DNA of 64,000 nucleotides from an uncultured Bacilli bacterium (GTDB lineage: Bacteria > Bacillota_I > Bacilli_A > RF39 > UBA660), in the NCBI GenBank assembly GCA_947585595.1, contig CANPXB010000005.1, positions 7,483 to 71,482 on the forward strand, in the 5' to 3' direction. Under the pieces are notes generated by a model. The model saw nothing but the letters and a program-made list of their open reading frames with translations. It did no database searches and was not told where the DNA came from. The position numbers and the translations under genes are program-made. Positions 1-9,732 of the stretch are shown here, piece by piece. Every line of letters begins with the position of its first letter. Position 1 is the first letter of the stretch.

Positions 1-477
1 GTTCTTAATCGAGCAATTATTATTACAAATGTTTTAACAGCTTTAGAAAAAGCAGGGTATAGTGTTGATTTAGATACTTTTGAATTAAGTGAAGAATATG
101 ATGAACTTATATATATTGTGGTGCAGATTAAACGTCATGGAGAAAGAATGAATATGGCAGCTTTATATAAGACGTTATGTCGCGTAGAGTTCTTAAGAAG
201 AATTTTATTTAGAATACTAGAAACATTGGATGTACAAAGGGACTGGGAAAGCGGATATGGCACAACATGCGATGAAAGATTTACAAGAAAAGTACTAAAC
301 TTTGGACCAAATGATATCTTCTTTGATCAACCAAGAGAAATGGGAATAAGAGGGGAAGATTTGGCTGAGGATTTTGAAGCAGCAATAAAACATTTAAATT
401 TAGAAGATAAGATTGATGTCGAAAAAGCTAAAGAAGAATTTAAAAAAGATGTTATGAGTTTGAAACTTAAAAGGTAA
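1..477 (+). CDS. C-terminal part of a hypothetical protein whose start lies upstream of the window
   Basis: Frame 1 is open from base 1 (VLNRAIIITNVLTALEKAGYSVDLDTFELSEEYDELIYIV...) and runs into the tracked ORF 118..477 (stop at 475-477). The GTG at 118 is probably internal. No family recognised. Confidence 0.5.
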   Translation, partial: VLNRAIIITNVLTALEKAGYSVDLDTFELSEEYDELIYIVVQIKRHGERMNMAALYKTLCRVEFLRRILFRILETLDVQRDWESGYGTTCDERFTRKVLNFGPNDIFFDQPREMGIRGEDLAEDFEAAIKHLNLEDKIDVEKAKEEFKKDVMSLKLKR

Positions 478-546
478 CATCTTTTTTTATGATATTGTTT
501 TAATAATTTGCTAGTGATATACTTAAGATAATAAAGAGGTGTTTAG

Positions 547-2178
547 ATGGAAGAAGAAGTTAAAATGCAAGAACAAGTAGAAGAACAAAAACCAGTAAAA
601 AAGAAAAATAATATAGCAACGATTATTGGTCTTTTAGTTGTTTTTATTGCTGTAGGAGTTATTTTTGTCGGAGCTATTTCAGCTTTTAGTAATCAAGGAA
701 AAGATGAGAAGAAAGATAAACCTAAGGGTGAAGAAAATGTAACAATTGATTCACAATATAAAATGTCTAGTAATAGTGTATCAGATTTTGATTTATTCTT
801 TTTAAGAGAAGAAAATGAGACTAAGAATAAAGTTTATAGTCCTTTATCTATTAAGTATGCACTTGAAATGTTAAACGAAGGAACAGATGGTGAAAGTCAT
901 CAACAAATAAATACAGTTTTAGGAGATTATACAAGTAAGAAGTATACTAATAGTAAGAATATGACTTTAGCTAATGGTTTATTTATTAATGAATCATTAA
1001 AAGATAGTATTAAAGAAGAATATGTTAATACTTTAAAAGATAAATATAGTGCTTTAGTATTTTATGATCCGTTTAATAATCCAGATAATGTTAATAAATG
1101 GGTTAGTGATAATACATATAATTTAATACCTGATTTATTAAGTGATGTCTTAGATAAAGATTTTATTTTAGTTAATGCTTTAGCTATTGATATGGAATGG
1201 GTTAAGAAGATTCAAGATGATTATGATGTGTTTAATTCATATTATCCACATGAAAATAGTGAAGCTGCTGTCTTTGTTGACTGCTTATCTTCTAATGGAT
1301 ATAGTGAATTAAAATTCAGTAATGTTAATTATGCAGTTAAGGCTTTAGAAATAGGAGCAGCTGCTAATCGATATGATATTGTTAATGATTTAAAAGAAGA
1401 AAATATTAGAAATACGGTAACAAATGAATATAATAAGTTTGTAAAGAGTGATGAATGTGGTTATGGTAGTGACTATGAACCAGTTAAAACAGTTGTAGAT
1501 CGTTACATTAAAGAAATAGATTCTAATTATGGATATGTTGGATCTTCAACAGATTTCTCATTCTATGTAGATGATAGTGTTAAAGTGTTTGCTAAAGATT
1601 TAAAAGAATATGATGGTACAACATTACAATATGTCGGTATAATGCCAACTAATGAAGACTTAGATAAATATATTAATAATATAAGTTCAAAAAAGATTGA
1701 AGAACTTATAAATAATTTAAAAGATGCGGCGAAGATAGATAGTTATACTGATGGAAAAGTAACAAGTTTAGAAGGAACTATTCCAGTATTTAATTTTGAA
1801 TATGAATTAAATCTATTAGAAGATTTAAAGAAAATGGGTATTAGTGATGTCTTTGATAGTAATAAAGCTGATTTATCTAAATTAACTAGTAATAAAGGAA
1901 CATATATAGATACAGCAGTTCATAAAGCTAATATAGAATTTTCTAATATTGGTATTAAGGCAGCAGCAGCGACAGCTATGGGTGGTTATGGTGCAGCTGA
2001 TTGTAATTTCGATTATGTATATGATGTACCTGTGGAAAAGATTGATTTAACTTTTGATAAACCATTTATGTTCTTAATTAGAGATAAAAAAACTGGTGAA
2101 ATATGGTTTACTGGTACAGTTTATGAACCAACTAAAATAACTGATATTGATCGCTATGGAGCAGATTATAGCGAATAA
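547..2178 (+). CDS. Serpin-family serine protease inhibitor with N-terminal membrane anchor
   Basis: AGAGG RBS before ATG 547. N-terminal TM helix (IATIIGLLVVFIAVGVIFVGAISAF). Serpin N-terminal signature YSPLSIKYALEMLNEGTDGESHQQI. Hinge / reactive-centre loop GIKAAAATAMGG. C-terminal signature FDKPFMFLIRDKKTGEIWFTGTVYEP. Confidence 0.85.
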   Translation: MEEEVKMQEQVEEQKPVKKKNNIATIIGLLVVFIAVGVIFVGAISAFSNQGKDEKKDKPKGEENVTIDSQYKMSSNSVSDFDLFFLREENETKNKVYSPLSIKYALEMLNEGTDGESHQQINTVLGDYTSKKYTNSKNMTLANGLFINESLKDSIKEEYVNTLKDKYSALVFYDPFNNPDNVNKWVSDNTYNLIPDLLSDVLDKDFILVNALAIDMEWVKKIQDDYDVFNSYYPHENSEAAVFVDCLSSNGYSELKFSNVNYAVKALEIGAAANRYDIVNDLKEENIRNTVTNEYNKFVKSDECGYGSDYEPVKTVVDRYIKEIDSNYGYVGSSTDFSFYVDDSVKVFAKDLKEYDGTTLQYVGIMPTNEDLDKYINNISSKKIEELINNLKDAAKIDSYTDGKVTSLEGTIPVFNFEYELNLLEDLKKMGISDVFDSNKADLSKLTSNKGTYIDTAVHKANIEFSNIGIKAAAATAMGGYGAADCNFDYVYDVPVEKIDLTFDKPFMFLIRDKKTGEIWFTGTVYEPTKITDIDRYGADYSE

Positions 2179-2193
2179 AATAGTAAAAATAAT

Positions 2194-2222
2194 TTGACAA
2201 AATAAATTATTGGTAGTAGTAT
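2194..2222 (+). promoter_or_regulatory. Candidate sigma-A promoter of the thrS leader
   Basis: TTGACA (2194-2199), 17-nt spacer, TAGTAT (2217-2222), just upstream of the T-box leader. Confidence 0.4.
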
Positions 2223-2227
2223 TTAGT

Positions 2228-2428
2228 TAATTCAATGAGGAAGAACAAGATTATTAAGATACTTGCTTAAAGAGAGTTCATGGTTGGTGGAAATGAATAG
2301 AAGACTTAATAGTTACTATCTTCTGAGAGGTTTAATAAAACCCGGTTAAGGCCGTTATCGATAATTAAGTTAAATAAAGGATGGTACCGCATTATTTGCT
2401 CCTTGCAAGTAATGTGGTTTTTTTATTT
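2228..2428 (+). promoter_or_regulatory. T-box riboswitch leader (threonine specifier) with terminator
   Basis: AGAGAG element. Candidate specifier ACU followed by A (gttACTAtc). Conserved T-box sequence AAAGGATGGTACCGC. Then a 10-bp terminator hairpin (cattatttgc / gcaagtaatg) plus a T7 run ending about 2427, directly upstream of thrS. Confidence 0.8.
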
Positions 2429-2448
2429 AGAAGGAAAGGAAGAAGTGT

Positions 2449-4212
2449 ATGGTAAATTTTAAAGAAGATGAAAAATTAAATGTTTTAAATCATAGTTGTG
2501 CTCATTTACTTGCACAAGCGGTAAAACATTTATATCCTCAAGCTAAGTTTTGGGTAGGTCCGGTTGTTGAAGAGGGATTCTATTATGATATTGATTTAGG
2601 AGACGAAAAGATTACCGATGAGGATTTAGAGAAAATTGAAAAGGAAATGAAAAAATGTTCTAAATCAGCTAAAAATATTATCAGAAGAGAAATATCTAAA
2701 GCAGAAGCTTTAGAGATGTTTAAAGATGATGAATATAAGATTGACTTAATTGAAAGAATGGAAGATGGAACAACTATTTCTTGTTATACCCAAGGTGATT
2801 TTACAGATCTTTGTCGTGGACCACATATGTCTAATACGAAAGAAATTAAGTATTTTAAATTAACTAAATTTAGTGGAGCTTATTATAAAGGTGATGCTAA
2901 TAATAAAATGCTTCAAAGAATATATGGTGTTTGTTTTCCTACGGAAGAAGAGTTAAATGAACACTTAAAAGAATTAGAAGAAATGAAGATGAGAGATCAT
3001 CGTAAGATAGGTAAAGACTTAGAGATATTCATGGTAAGTGATTTAGTAGGTAAAGGATTACCTATGTATTTACCTAATGGTTATATTGTATGGGAATTAT
3101 TAGAAAACTATATTAAAGGTAAAGAAAGAGCTTTAGGTTATTTACATGTTTTAACTCCACCTATTGGTAATGTTGAACTTTATAAGACTTCTGGTCACTG
3201 GGATCATTATAAAGATAATATGTTTCCTAAGATGGAAGTTGAAGGTGAGGAGTTTGTTTTAAGACCAATGAACTGTCCTCATCATATGATGATTTATAGT
3301 AATAATGTTCATTCATATCGTGATTTACCAATTCGTATTGGCGAGATTGCTCGTGATGCAAGATTTGAAACTAGTGGATCATTAAAAGGTATTGAAAGAG
3401 TTAGAACTTTCTGTCAAAATGATGCTCACTTATTTGTTACTCCAGAACAAATTGAATCTGAATTTTCTTGCGTAGTTAATTTAATATTAGATGTATATAA
3501 AGAATTAGGTATTAAAGATTTTAGATTTGAATTATCTTTAAGAGATCCTGAAGATAAAGTTAAATATTATCCAGATGATGAGATGTGGAATAATGCCGAA
3601 ACTACTTTACGTAATGTTTTAAATGATTTAGGTTATGATTATGTAGAGAAGATTGGGGAAGCAGCATTCTATGGACCTAAGTTAGATGTTCAAGTTAAAC
3701 CAGCGGTTGGTCCTGAATATACATTATCTACTTGTCAATTAGATTTCTGTTTACCTATGCGTTTTGATTTAGGTTATATAGATAGTGATGGTAGTAAGAA
3801 AACTCCTGTTGTTTTACATAGAGCAATATTTGGTAGTATAGATAGATTTATTGCTTATTACTTAGAAGAAACTAAAGGATATTTACCTACATGGTTAGCA
3901 CCTGTTCAAGTTCAAGTAGTACCAGTAAATATTCAATATCATGAAGCTTATAGTAATGAAGTTTATAATGCTTTAAAAGAAGCGGGATTTAGAGTAGAAT
4001 TAGATGCTCGTAATGAAAAACTAGGTTATAAACTAAGAGAATCAGTTATTAGAAAGATTCCTTATATGTTAATATTAGGTCAAAAAGAGGTTGATGATAA
4101 GACTGTTTCTTATCGAAGAGCTGGTAGTGAAGAAACTATAACTGTATCATTAGATGAATTTATTAAATTAATGAATGATGATATAGCTACTAAGAGAAGA
4201 TATGATAAATAG
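2449..4212 (+). CDS. thrS: Threonine--tRNA ligase, short form lacking the N-terminal TGS domain
   Basis: 587 aa. It starts directly at the editing-domain motif HSCAHLLAQAVKHLYP. Class II core motifs are present (RPMNCPHH, FCQNDAHLF, LHRAIFGSIDRFI) plus a C-terminal anticodon-binding domain. Preceded by a Thr T-box. Confidence 0.95.
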   Translation: MVNFKEDEKLNVLNHSCAHLLAQAVKHLYPQAKFWVGPVVEEGFYYDIDLGDEKITDEDLEKIEKEMKKCSKSAKNIIRREISKAEALEMFKDDEYKIDLIERMEDGTTISCYTQGDFTDLCRGPHMSNTKEIKYFKLTKFSGAYYKGDANNKMLQRIYGVCFPTEEELNEHLKELEEMKMRDHRKIGKDLEIFMVSDLVGKGLPMYLPNGYIVWELLENYIKGKERALGYLHVLTPPIGNVELYKTSGHWDHYKDNMFPKMEVEGEEFVLRPMNCPHHMMIYSNNVHSYRDLPIRIGEIARDARFETSGSLKGIERVRTFCQNDAHLFVTPEQIESEFSCVVNLILDVYKELGIKDFRFELSLRDPEDKVKYYPDDEMWNNAETTLRNVLNDLGYDYVEKIGEAAFYGPKLDVQVKPAVGPEYTLSTCQLDFCLPMRFDLGYIDSDGSKKTPVVLHRAIFGSIDRFIAYYLEETKGYLPTWLAPVQVQVVPVNIQYHEAYSNEVYNALKEAGFRVELDARNEKLGYKLRESVIRKIPYMLILGQKEVDDKTVSYRRAGSEETITVSLDEFIKLMNDDIATKRRYDK

Positions 4213-4236
4213 ACAAGTTTAACTTGTCTTTTTTTA
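4211..4236 (+). terminator. Intrinsic terminator of thrS
   Basis: agacaagtt / aacttgtct stem followed by a T7 run. Confidence 0.8.
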
Positions 4237-4295
4237 ATATTGTAATTGTCGGTTATTTAAGATATAATTTTAAGAGAATAGGGAGTGTGGCAAGT

Positions 4296-7200
4296 ATGAA
4301 GATTATGTTGATGGATGCTACAAAATTAGTAAATTTAACTCTTCCTAATGATGTATTTGGTAACTACTGGATAGTTAATGCTAATAAAGAAAACTTAGTT
4401 AGTGTTGAAGCATCTGACGGCAACTGGGTATTAAAAAGTAATAGTGAAGTTAAAGTATTTAGAAATGGAACAGCTGTTGATGATACTTTACTTGAATATG
4501 AAAAGTTTTATACCCTTAAGAATGTATTACTTGGGGATAGTTATGTTATTTATACTTGTCCAGTCTATGATGAAAATGCTTTACAATTAAATATATCTAT
4601 AAATAGTTTAAATGGAAATAATACTTGGTATATAGGTAATAATGGAGCTCAACTTGGTGATGGTAGTTCTAATTATCCAAATATTATTTCTTATGAGCAA
4701 CCAGGAGTAGCAAGAAATCAATTAAAGTTAGATTATAATAGCGGGGTTTATTCTGTTACAAATATAAATCCGCAAATTCCAATGTATGTAAATGGAGCAC
4801 CAGCAACTAGTGCTGATTTAAGATATGGTGATACAATTTTTATTTTAGGTTTAAAATTATCAATTATTAAAGATATCTTTTATATTAATAATCCTAATAA
4901 ATTAGTTAAATTTGATTCGCAAATGTTTAATATGCGTATGGTTCCTGAATTAGATTATTCTAAGATTCCAACTGAACCAGACCCAATTATTGAAATGTAT
5001 AAAAAAGAAGATTATTTCTTAAAGCCACCTCGTTTTGATGAAAGATTAGAAGAAAAGACTTTAGTAATAGATCCACCTCCAGCTGCCCAAAAGCAAGAAG
5101 AAATGCCAGCTATTTTAACAATGGGTTCAATGATGATGATGGGTATGAGTTCAATGATGACAGGAATTATGACTTTAACGAATGTTATTAATGGAACAAC
5201 TGAGTTATCTTCAGCTTTACCTTCTTTATTAACAGCAGCAGCAATGCTTTGCTGTATGCTTGTTTTACCAACAATTAGTAAAATGTATAATAAACATAAA
5301 AAAGTTGTTTATGAAAGAAAAAGACAAGCTACTTATAGTAACTATGTAAATAAAAAAAGAGAAGAATTCTTAACTGAAATGAAAAGAGAACAACAACTTT
5401 TAATTGAAAAATATATTCCATTAAAAGATGTTGGAGATATTATTCTTTATAAAAAGAGAAATTTATGGGAAAAGAATGTTGATGATTATGATTTCTTATC
5501 TTTAAGATTAGGTATTGGTTCTATTCCACCATTCTTTACAATTAACTATCCTGATGAACACTTCTCAATGGAAGATGAAGATAACTTAATGGGATATTTA
5601 AGAGAACTAGAAAAAGAAACAGATTTACTTGAAAATGTTCCAGTTACTTATTCTTTTGTGGAAAAATATATAACTGCTGTAATAGGGCAGAAGAGTGTTA
5701 CTAATCCGTTCTTAAGAGGATTATTACTACAAATCTTTGCTTATCATGGCTATGATTCTTTAAAGGTATGTGTATTTACAAATAAAGAGAATGAAAAATT
5801 CTGGGAAGATATTAAAGATTGTCCTTATTTCTGGGATGATAATAGAACAATAAGATTCTTTGGTACTAATACTGATGAAATTAGTCAAATAAGTTCTTAT
5901 TTTGAAGAATTACTTAGTAGTATTAAAGAAGCTAACGAAGATAGAGATACCCTTGGAGGACAAAAAGCAACAGCTAAGTTAACAACGAGATATTTAATTA
6001 TTACTGATGATATTGATTTGGTAAGAAATGTTAGTGTTATTCGTTCATTAATTGAATCAGTAGAATATGTTGGTATTAGTTTAGTTATATTTACAGAGAA
6101 GTTAAATTCTTTACCAAATGAAGTTGAACACTTTATCAGTGTTGATGAACGTACTGGTGGAGTATTTGAAAGAGTATTATCTGATAGTAGAAGAATTAAC
6201 TTTGTACCAGATTTTATGTATGGATCGTTAGAAAAATATACTTATGTTTTATCTAATATTCCAATAGCATTAAATGGTGGTAAGTTCCAATTACCAGCTT
6301 CATATTCTTTCTTGGAAATGTATAATGTATCTAATGTTAATCAATTAAATGCTTTAGCCAAATGGAAAGAAAGTGATCCAATTAATTCACTAGCTGTTCC
6401 AATTGGAGTTAATGAATATGGTGATTTATTTAAGTTAGATTTACATGAAAAAGCTCATGGACCACATGGTTTAATTGCTGGTATGACTGGTTCTGGTAAA
6501 TCAGAATTCATTATTACGTTTATTTTAAGTACAGCAATTAATTTCCATCCATATGAAGTACAATTTGTATTAATCGACTATAAAGGTGGAGGTTTAGCTG
6601 GAGCTTTTGAAAATAGAGAGACTGGTCTTAGATTACCACACTTAGCAGGTACAATTACTAACTTAGATGTTAGTGAGATTAATCGTAGTTTAGCTTCATT
6701 ACAAAGTGAGCTTAAAAGACGTCAAGCAGTATTTAATCAAGCCAGAGATAAAGTTGGTGAATCAACAATAGATATTTATAAATATCAAAGATTATATCGT
6801 AATGGTCAAGTAGATGAACCAGTATCACACTTGTTTATTATTTCCGATGAGTTCGCTGAATTAAAAGCTCAACAACCAGATTTCATGAACGAACTTATTT
6901 CAACAGCACGTATTGGTCGTTCACTTGGAGTTCACTTAATCTTAGCAACACAAAAACCTAGTGGTGTTGTTAATGACCAAATTTGGTCCAATGCGAAGTT
7001 TAAAGTCTGTTTAAAAGTTCAAGATAGATCAGATAGTCAAGAAATGATTAAGAGACCTGATGCGGCTTCATTAAAAGAAACTGGACGTTTCTACTTACAA
7101 GTTGGTTATGATGAATACTTTGCAATGGGTCAATCTGCTTGGACTGGCGCCCCTTATTATGAATCAGATGTTAGAAAGAAGAAAGTTGATAATTCAATAA

Positions 7201-8963
7201 CATTTGTTGATAATTTAGGTATGCCAATTAAAGTAGTAGAAGATGGACGTAATAGTGTTTCTGGTGTATTAAAAGGTGAAGAATTACCTAATATTATGAA
7301 ATACTTAGTAGATGTTTCTAAAAAAGAAAATATTAAGGTTAAGCAATTATGGCTTAATGCTTTAGCACCAGTTATATATATTGATGCTTTAAAAGAAAAA
7401 TATAGTTATAAGAAAATTACTTGTGATATTAATCCAGTTATTGGTGAATATGATGCCCCTAATTTACAAAAACAAGGATTACTTACAATGCCAATAACTA
7501 AAGAAGGTAACTGGATAGTTTATGGTATGGCCGATAGTGGTAAAGAAGAAATGATTAACTCTTTAGTTTATTCTTGTATTACAACTTATTCGCCAGCTGA
7601 ACTTAATATGTATTTACTTGATTTTGGAGCTGAAACTTTAAAAGTTTATCGTAAAGCCCCACAAGTAGGTGATGTTATCTTACAAAATGATGTTGATAAG
7701 GTAATTAACTTATGGAAAGTTATCAGTGATACAATAGCTAAGAGAAAGAAATTATTTGCTGATTATGGTGGTGATTATGTTTCTTATTCTAAAGCAACTG
7801 GTAAAGTAATTCCGAATATTATAATTATTATTAATGGATTTGAATTATATAATGAAAACTTTGGTGATGATACATTTGATTTATTAGCAACACTTACTCG
7901 TGATTGTCAAAAATATGGTGTTTACTTTATTATGACATCAACAACATCTAATGGTATTAGAAATAGACTTTCTCAATACTTGCCAAATCACTTAGTCTTC
8001 CAAATGAATGATAAATATGATTATTCATCATTACTATCTAGAACTAAGATTGAACCAGCTAATGTTACAGGACGTGGTTTAGTTAAATTGGAAGAAGTAT
8101 TTGAATTCCAAGCTGCTGTACCAACAGAAAAAGAAAAACTTAATACTTTTGTTTTAGATAAGATTAATGAATTATGTAAATTATATCCAGAAAGTGCTCC
8201 TAAAGTACCAGTATTACCAGAAGTAGTAACTGTTGCTTATTGTGCTGATGAAAGAAAAGGAGTCAATTCTATTCCAGTTGGTATTGAAAAAGAATCATTA
8301 CAAGTTAGAACATTCGATTTGACTAGAAGTACAGTTAATATTATTACAGGTATGGAATTTAATGAAATTAAGAACTTTGGTGAGTTATTTATTAGAGAAG
8401 TTGCTAATGTAGTAGGTAAGAATTGCTATGTTTATGACTTAGAAAAGGCTTATAAAGATTTAGAAAATTATACAACATATTATGATAATTCTATTTTAGA
8501 TAACTTTAAAGCTTTTGGTAAACAAGTATTTGACATGTATAATAAATATAAAGAATCTAGTTTTGATGTTAATTCATTAAATGAATATGGTGAATATGTT
8601 TGCTTTATTGTTGGAATTGATAAGTTTAAGAATATGTTAGGTACTGAATTTGATGGTGCTTATAGTGGTTTAATTTCAATGGTTAAAGGTATGCCTAAAG
8701 TAAGATTTGTAATTATAGATTCTAGTGATAATATTAAAAAACGTGAATTTGAGCCTTGGTATAAAGATACTGTTTCTGGTACAAGAGGTGTATGGATCGG
8801 TAATGGTATGGGTACACAATATACGATTAAATCAACGTTATCTTCAAGAGTATTATCAGCTAAACTAGAAAAGAATTTTGGTTATTTTGTAGACGGAAAT
8901 ACAACTGTTTTAGTTAAGGTAATTTCTGAAATGGGTGAAGAAGAAGTTTACGAGACATTATAA
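4296..8963 (+). CDS. essC: Type VII secretion system ATPase EssC/YukB (FtsK/SpoIIIE family)
   Basis: Start moved to ATG 4296 (GGGAG RBS), because the tracked 4224 start lies inside the thrS terminator. N-terminal FHA-like region. Two TM helices (AILTMGSMMMMGMSSMMTGIM and LLTAAAMLCCMLVLP). Three FtsK/SpoIIIE-type modules follow. The first has Walker A GMTGSGKSE (6480-6506) and Walker B LFIISDEFAEL. The second has GMADSGKEE (7524-7550). The third has no recognisable P-loop. Confidence 0.9.
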   Translation: MKIMLMDATKLVNLTLPNDVFGNYWIVNANKENLVSVEASDGNWVLKSNSEVKVFRNGTAVDDTLLEYEKFYTLKNVLLGDSYVIYTCPVYDENALQLNISINSLNGNNTWYIGNNGAQLGDGSSNYPNIISYEQPGVARNQLKLDYNSGVYSVTNINPQIPMYVNGAPATSADLRYGDTIFILGLKLSIIKDIFYINNPNKLVKFDSQMFNMRMVPELDYSKIPTEPDPIIEMYKKEDYFLKPPRFDERLEEKTLVIDPPPAAQKQEEMPAILTMGSMMMMGMSSMMTGIMTLTNVINGTTELSSALPSLLTAAAMLCCMLVLPTISKMYNKHKKVVYERKRQATYSNYVNKKREEFLTEMKREQQLLIEKYIPLKDVGDIILYKKRNLWEKNVDDYDFLSLRLGIGSIPPFFTINYPDEHFSMEDEDNLMGYLRELEKETDLLENVPVTYSFVEKYITAVIGQKSVTNPFLRGLLLQIFAYHGYDSLKVCVFTNKENEKFWEDIKDCPYFWDDNRTIRFFGTNTDEISQISSYFEELLSSIKEANEDRDTLGGQKATAKLTTRYLIITDDIDLVRNVSVIRSLIESVEYVGISLVIFTEKLNSLPNEVEHFISVDERTGGVFERVLSDSRRINFVPDFMYGSLEKYTYVLSNIPIALNGGKFQLPASYSFLEMYNVSNVNQLNALAKWKESDPINSLAVPIGVNEYGDLFKLDLHEKAHGPHGLIAGMTGSGKSEFIITFILSTAINFHPYEVQFVLIDYKGGGLAGAFENRETGLRLPHLAGTITNLDVSEINRSLASLQSELKRRQAVFNQARDKVGESTIDIYKYQRLYRNGQVDEPVSHLFIISDEFAELKAQQPDFMNELISTARIGRSLGVHLILATQKPSGVVNDQIWSNAKFKVCLKVQDRSDSQEMIKRPDAASLKETGRFYLQVGYDEYFAMGQSAWTGAPYYESDVRKKKVDNSITFVDNLGMPIKVVEDGRNSVSGVLKGEELPNIMKYLVDVSKKENIKVKQLWLNALAPVIYIDALKEKYSYKKITCDINPVIGEYDAPNLQKQGLLTMPITKEGNWIVYGMADSGKEEMINSLVYSCITTYSPAELNMYLLDFGAETLKVYRKAPQVGDVILQNDVDKVINLWKVISDTIAKRKKLFADYGGDYVSYSKATGKVIPNIIIIINGFELYNENFGDDTFDLLATLTRDCQKYGVYFIMTSTTSNGIRNRLSQYLPNHLVFQMNDKYDYSSLLSRTKIEPANVTGRGLVKLEEVFEFQAAVPTEKEKLNTFVLDKINELCKLYPESAPKVPVLPEVVTVAYCADERKGVNSIPVGIEKESLQVRTFDLTRSTVNIITGMEFNEIKNFGELFIREVANVVGKNCYVYDLEKAYKDLENYTTYYDNSILDNFKAFGKQVFDMYNKYKESSFDVNSLNEYGEYVCFIVGIDKFKNMLGTEFDGAYSGLISMVKGMPKVRFVIIDSSDNIKKREFEPWYKDTVSGTRGVWIGNGMGTQYTIKSTLSSRVLSAKLEKNFGYFVDGNTTVLVKVISEMGEEEVYETL

Positions 8964-8990
8964 AGGTTAACGGGTGTTAACCTTTTGTTT
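8963..8990 (+). terminator. Hairpin / likely terminator after essC
   Basis: aaggttaac-gggt-gttaacctt (9-bp stem) followed by TTTTGTTT. Confidence 0.5.
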
Positions 8991-9124
8991 ATTCAATTGA
9001 CTTTACATTTTATAAAGTGTATTATAAATATATAAGAGTATAATCGATGGTTGTGGGGAATTGGTCAGAAATGGTGTGACTATCATATATTCTTAAGTCT
9101 ACGATTTTAATAGGAGGTTTTATT

Positions 9125-9382
9125 ATGAATAATAATAAGGTCTGTGTAGATTTGATTGTACCTAGCATTGAAGAACGATACAATGTTTTCATTCCTGTTA
9201 ATAAGAAGACTATTGAAATTATATTCTTATTAAATAAAGCAATTAGTGATATGACTGATAATAGTTTTCCTATTTCAGATAATTTATCATTAATTAATGC
9301 TGATAATGGAGCGGTTTATGATGTTGATAAGACGTTTTTGGAAAACGACATTTTAAACGGGGCGAAAATTATATTGATATAA
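9125..9382 (+). CDS. yukD: YukD/EsaB-like small ubiquitin-fold T7SS protein
   Basis: 85 aa with a strong RBS (TAGGAGG). The sequence pattern parallels B. subtilis YukD as I recall it: N-terminal VCVDLIVP...YNVFIP and C-terminal DILNGAKIILI versus CGITNGDRLEIL. Sits next to essC. Confidence 0.65.
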   Translation: MNNNKVCVDLIVPSIEERYNVFIPVNKKTIEIIFLLNKAISDMTDNSFPISDNLSLINADNGAVYDVDKTFLENDILNGAKIILI

Positions 9383-9397
9383 GGAGGTGTAAGATTA

Positions 9398-9715
9398 GTG
9401 TCAGTTGATTTTGAAATTAAAAGTGAAGAAATGGCTCAAGCAATAGCTATGTTAAAAAGTGCTGCTGAATCTATGAGTGATGTAGCTGATGAAATGAAGA
9501 ATACTGTTAAAAATGTATTACTTACAAGTGGTTTAAGTGGTGATACAGCAAATACTTTAGCAGAAAGATATGATCAAGATGTATTAGCAACAATTCGTCA
9601 ATTTAATGAAGAGTTAAATGAATACATAGCTAAAAACGAAACGGTATTAGGAAAAGCTGAAGATTTAAGTTCAGAAACGAATAGAATAGCTAATACTACA
9701 GGTGCAATTAAATAA
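9398..9715 (+). CDS. Small all-helical WXG100-superfamily-like protein without a WXG motif; candidate T7SS substrate or chaperone
   Basis: 105 aa, AAGGAGG RBS plus GTG start. Helix-turn-helix composition with a central SGLSGD turn. T7SS context. Confidence 0.5.
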   Translation: MSVDFEIKSEEMAQAIAMLKSAAESMSDVADEMKNTVKNVLLTSGLSGDTANTLAERYDQDVLATIRQFNEELNEYIAKNETVLGKAEDLSSETNRIANTTGAIK

Positions 9716-9732
9716 AGAAAGGATGAACTATA

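Noticed and set aside
4224-4295. The tracked essC ORF starts at 4224 (MSFFNIVIVGYLRYNF...).
   Set aside because: The first codons lie inside the thrS terminator hairpin and T run, and have no RBS. ATG 4296 has a GGGAG RBS and begins the conserved N-terminal domain.
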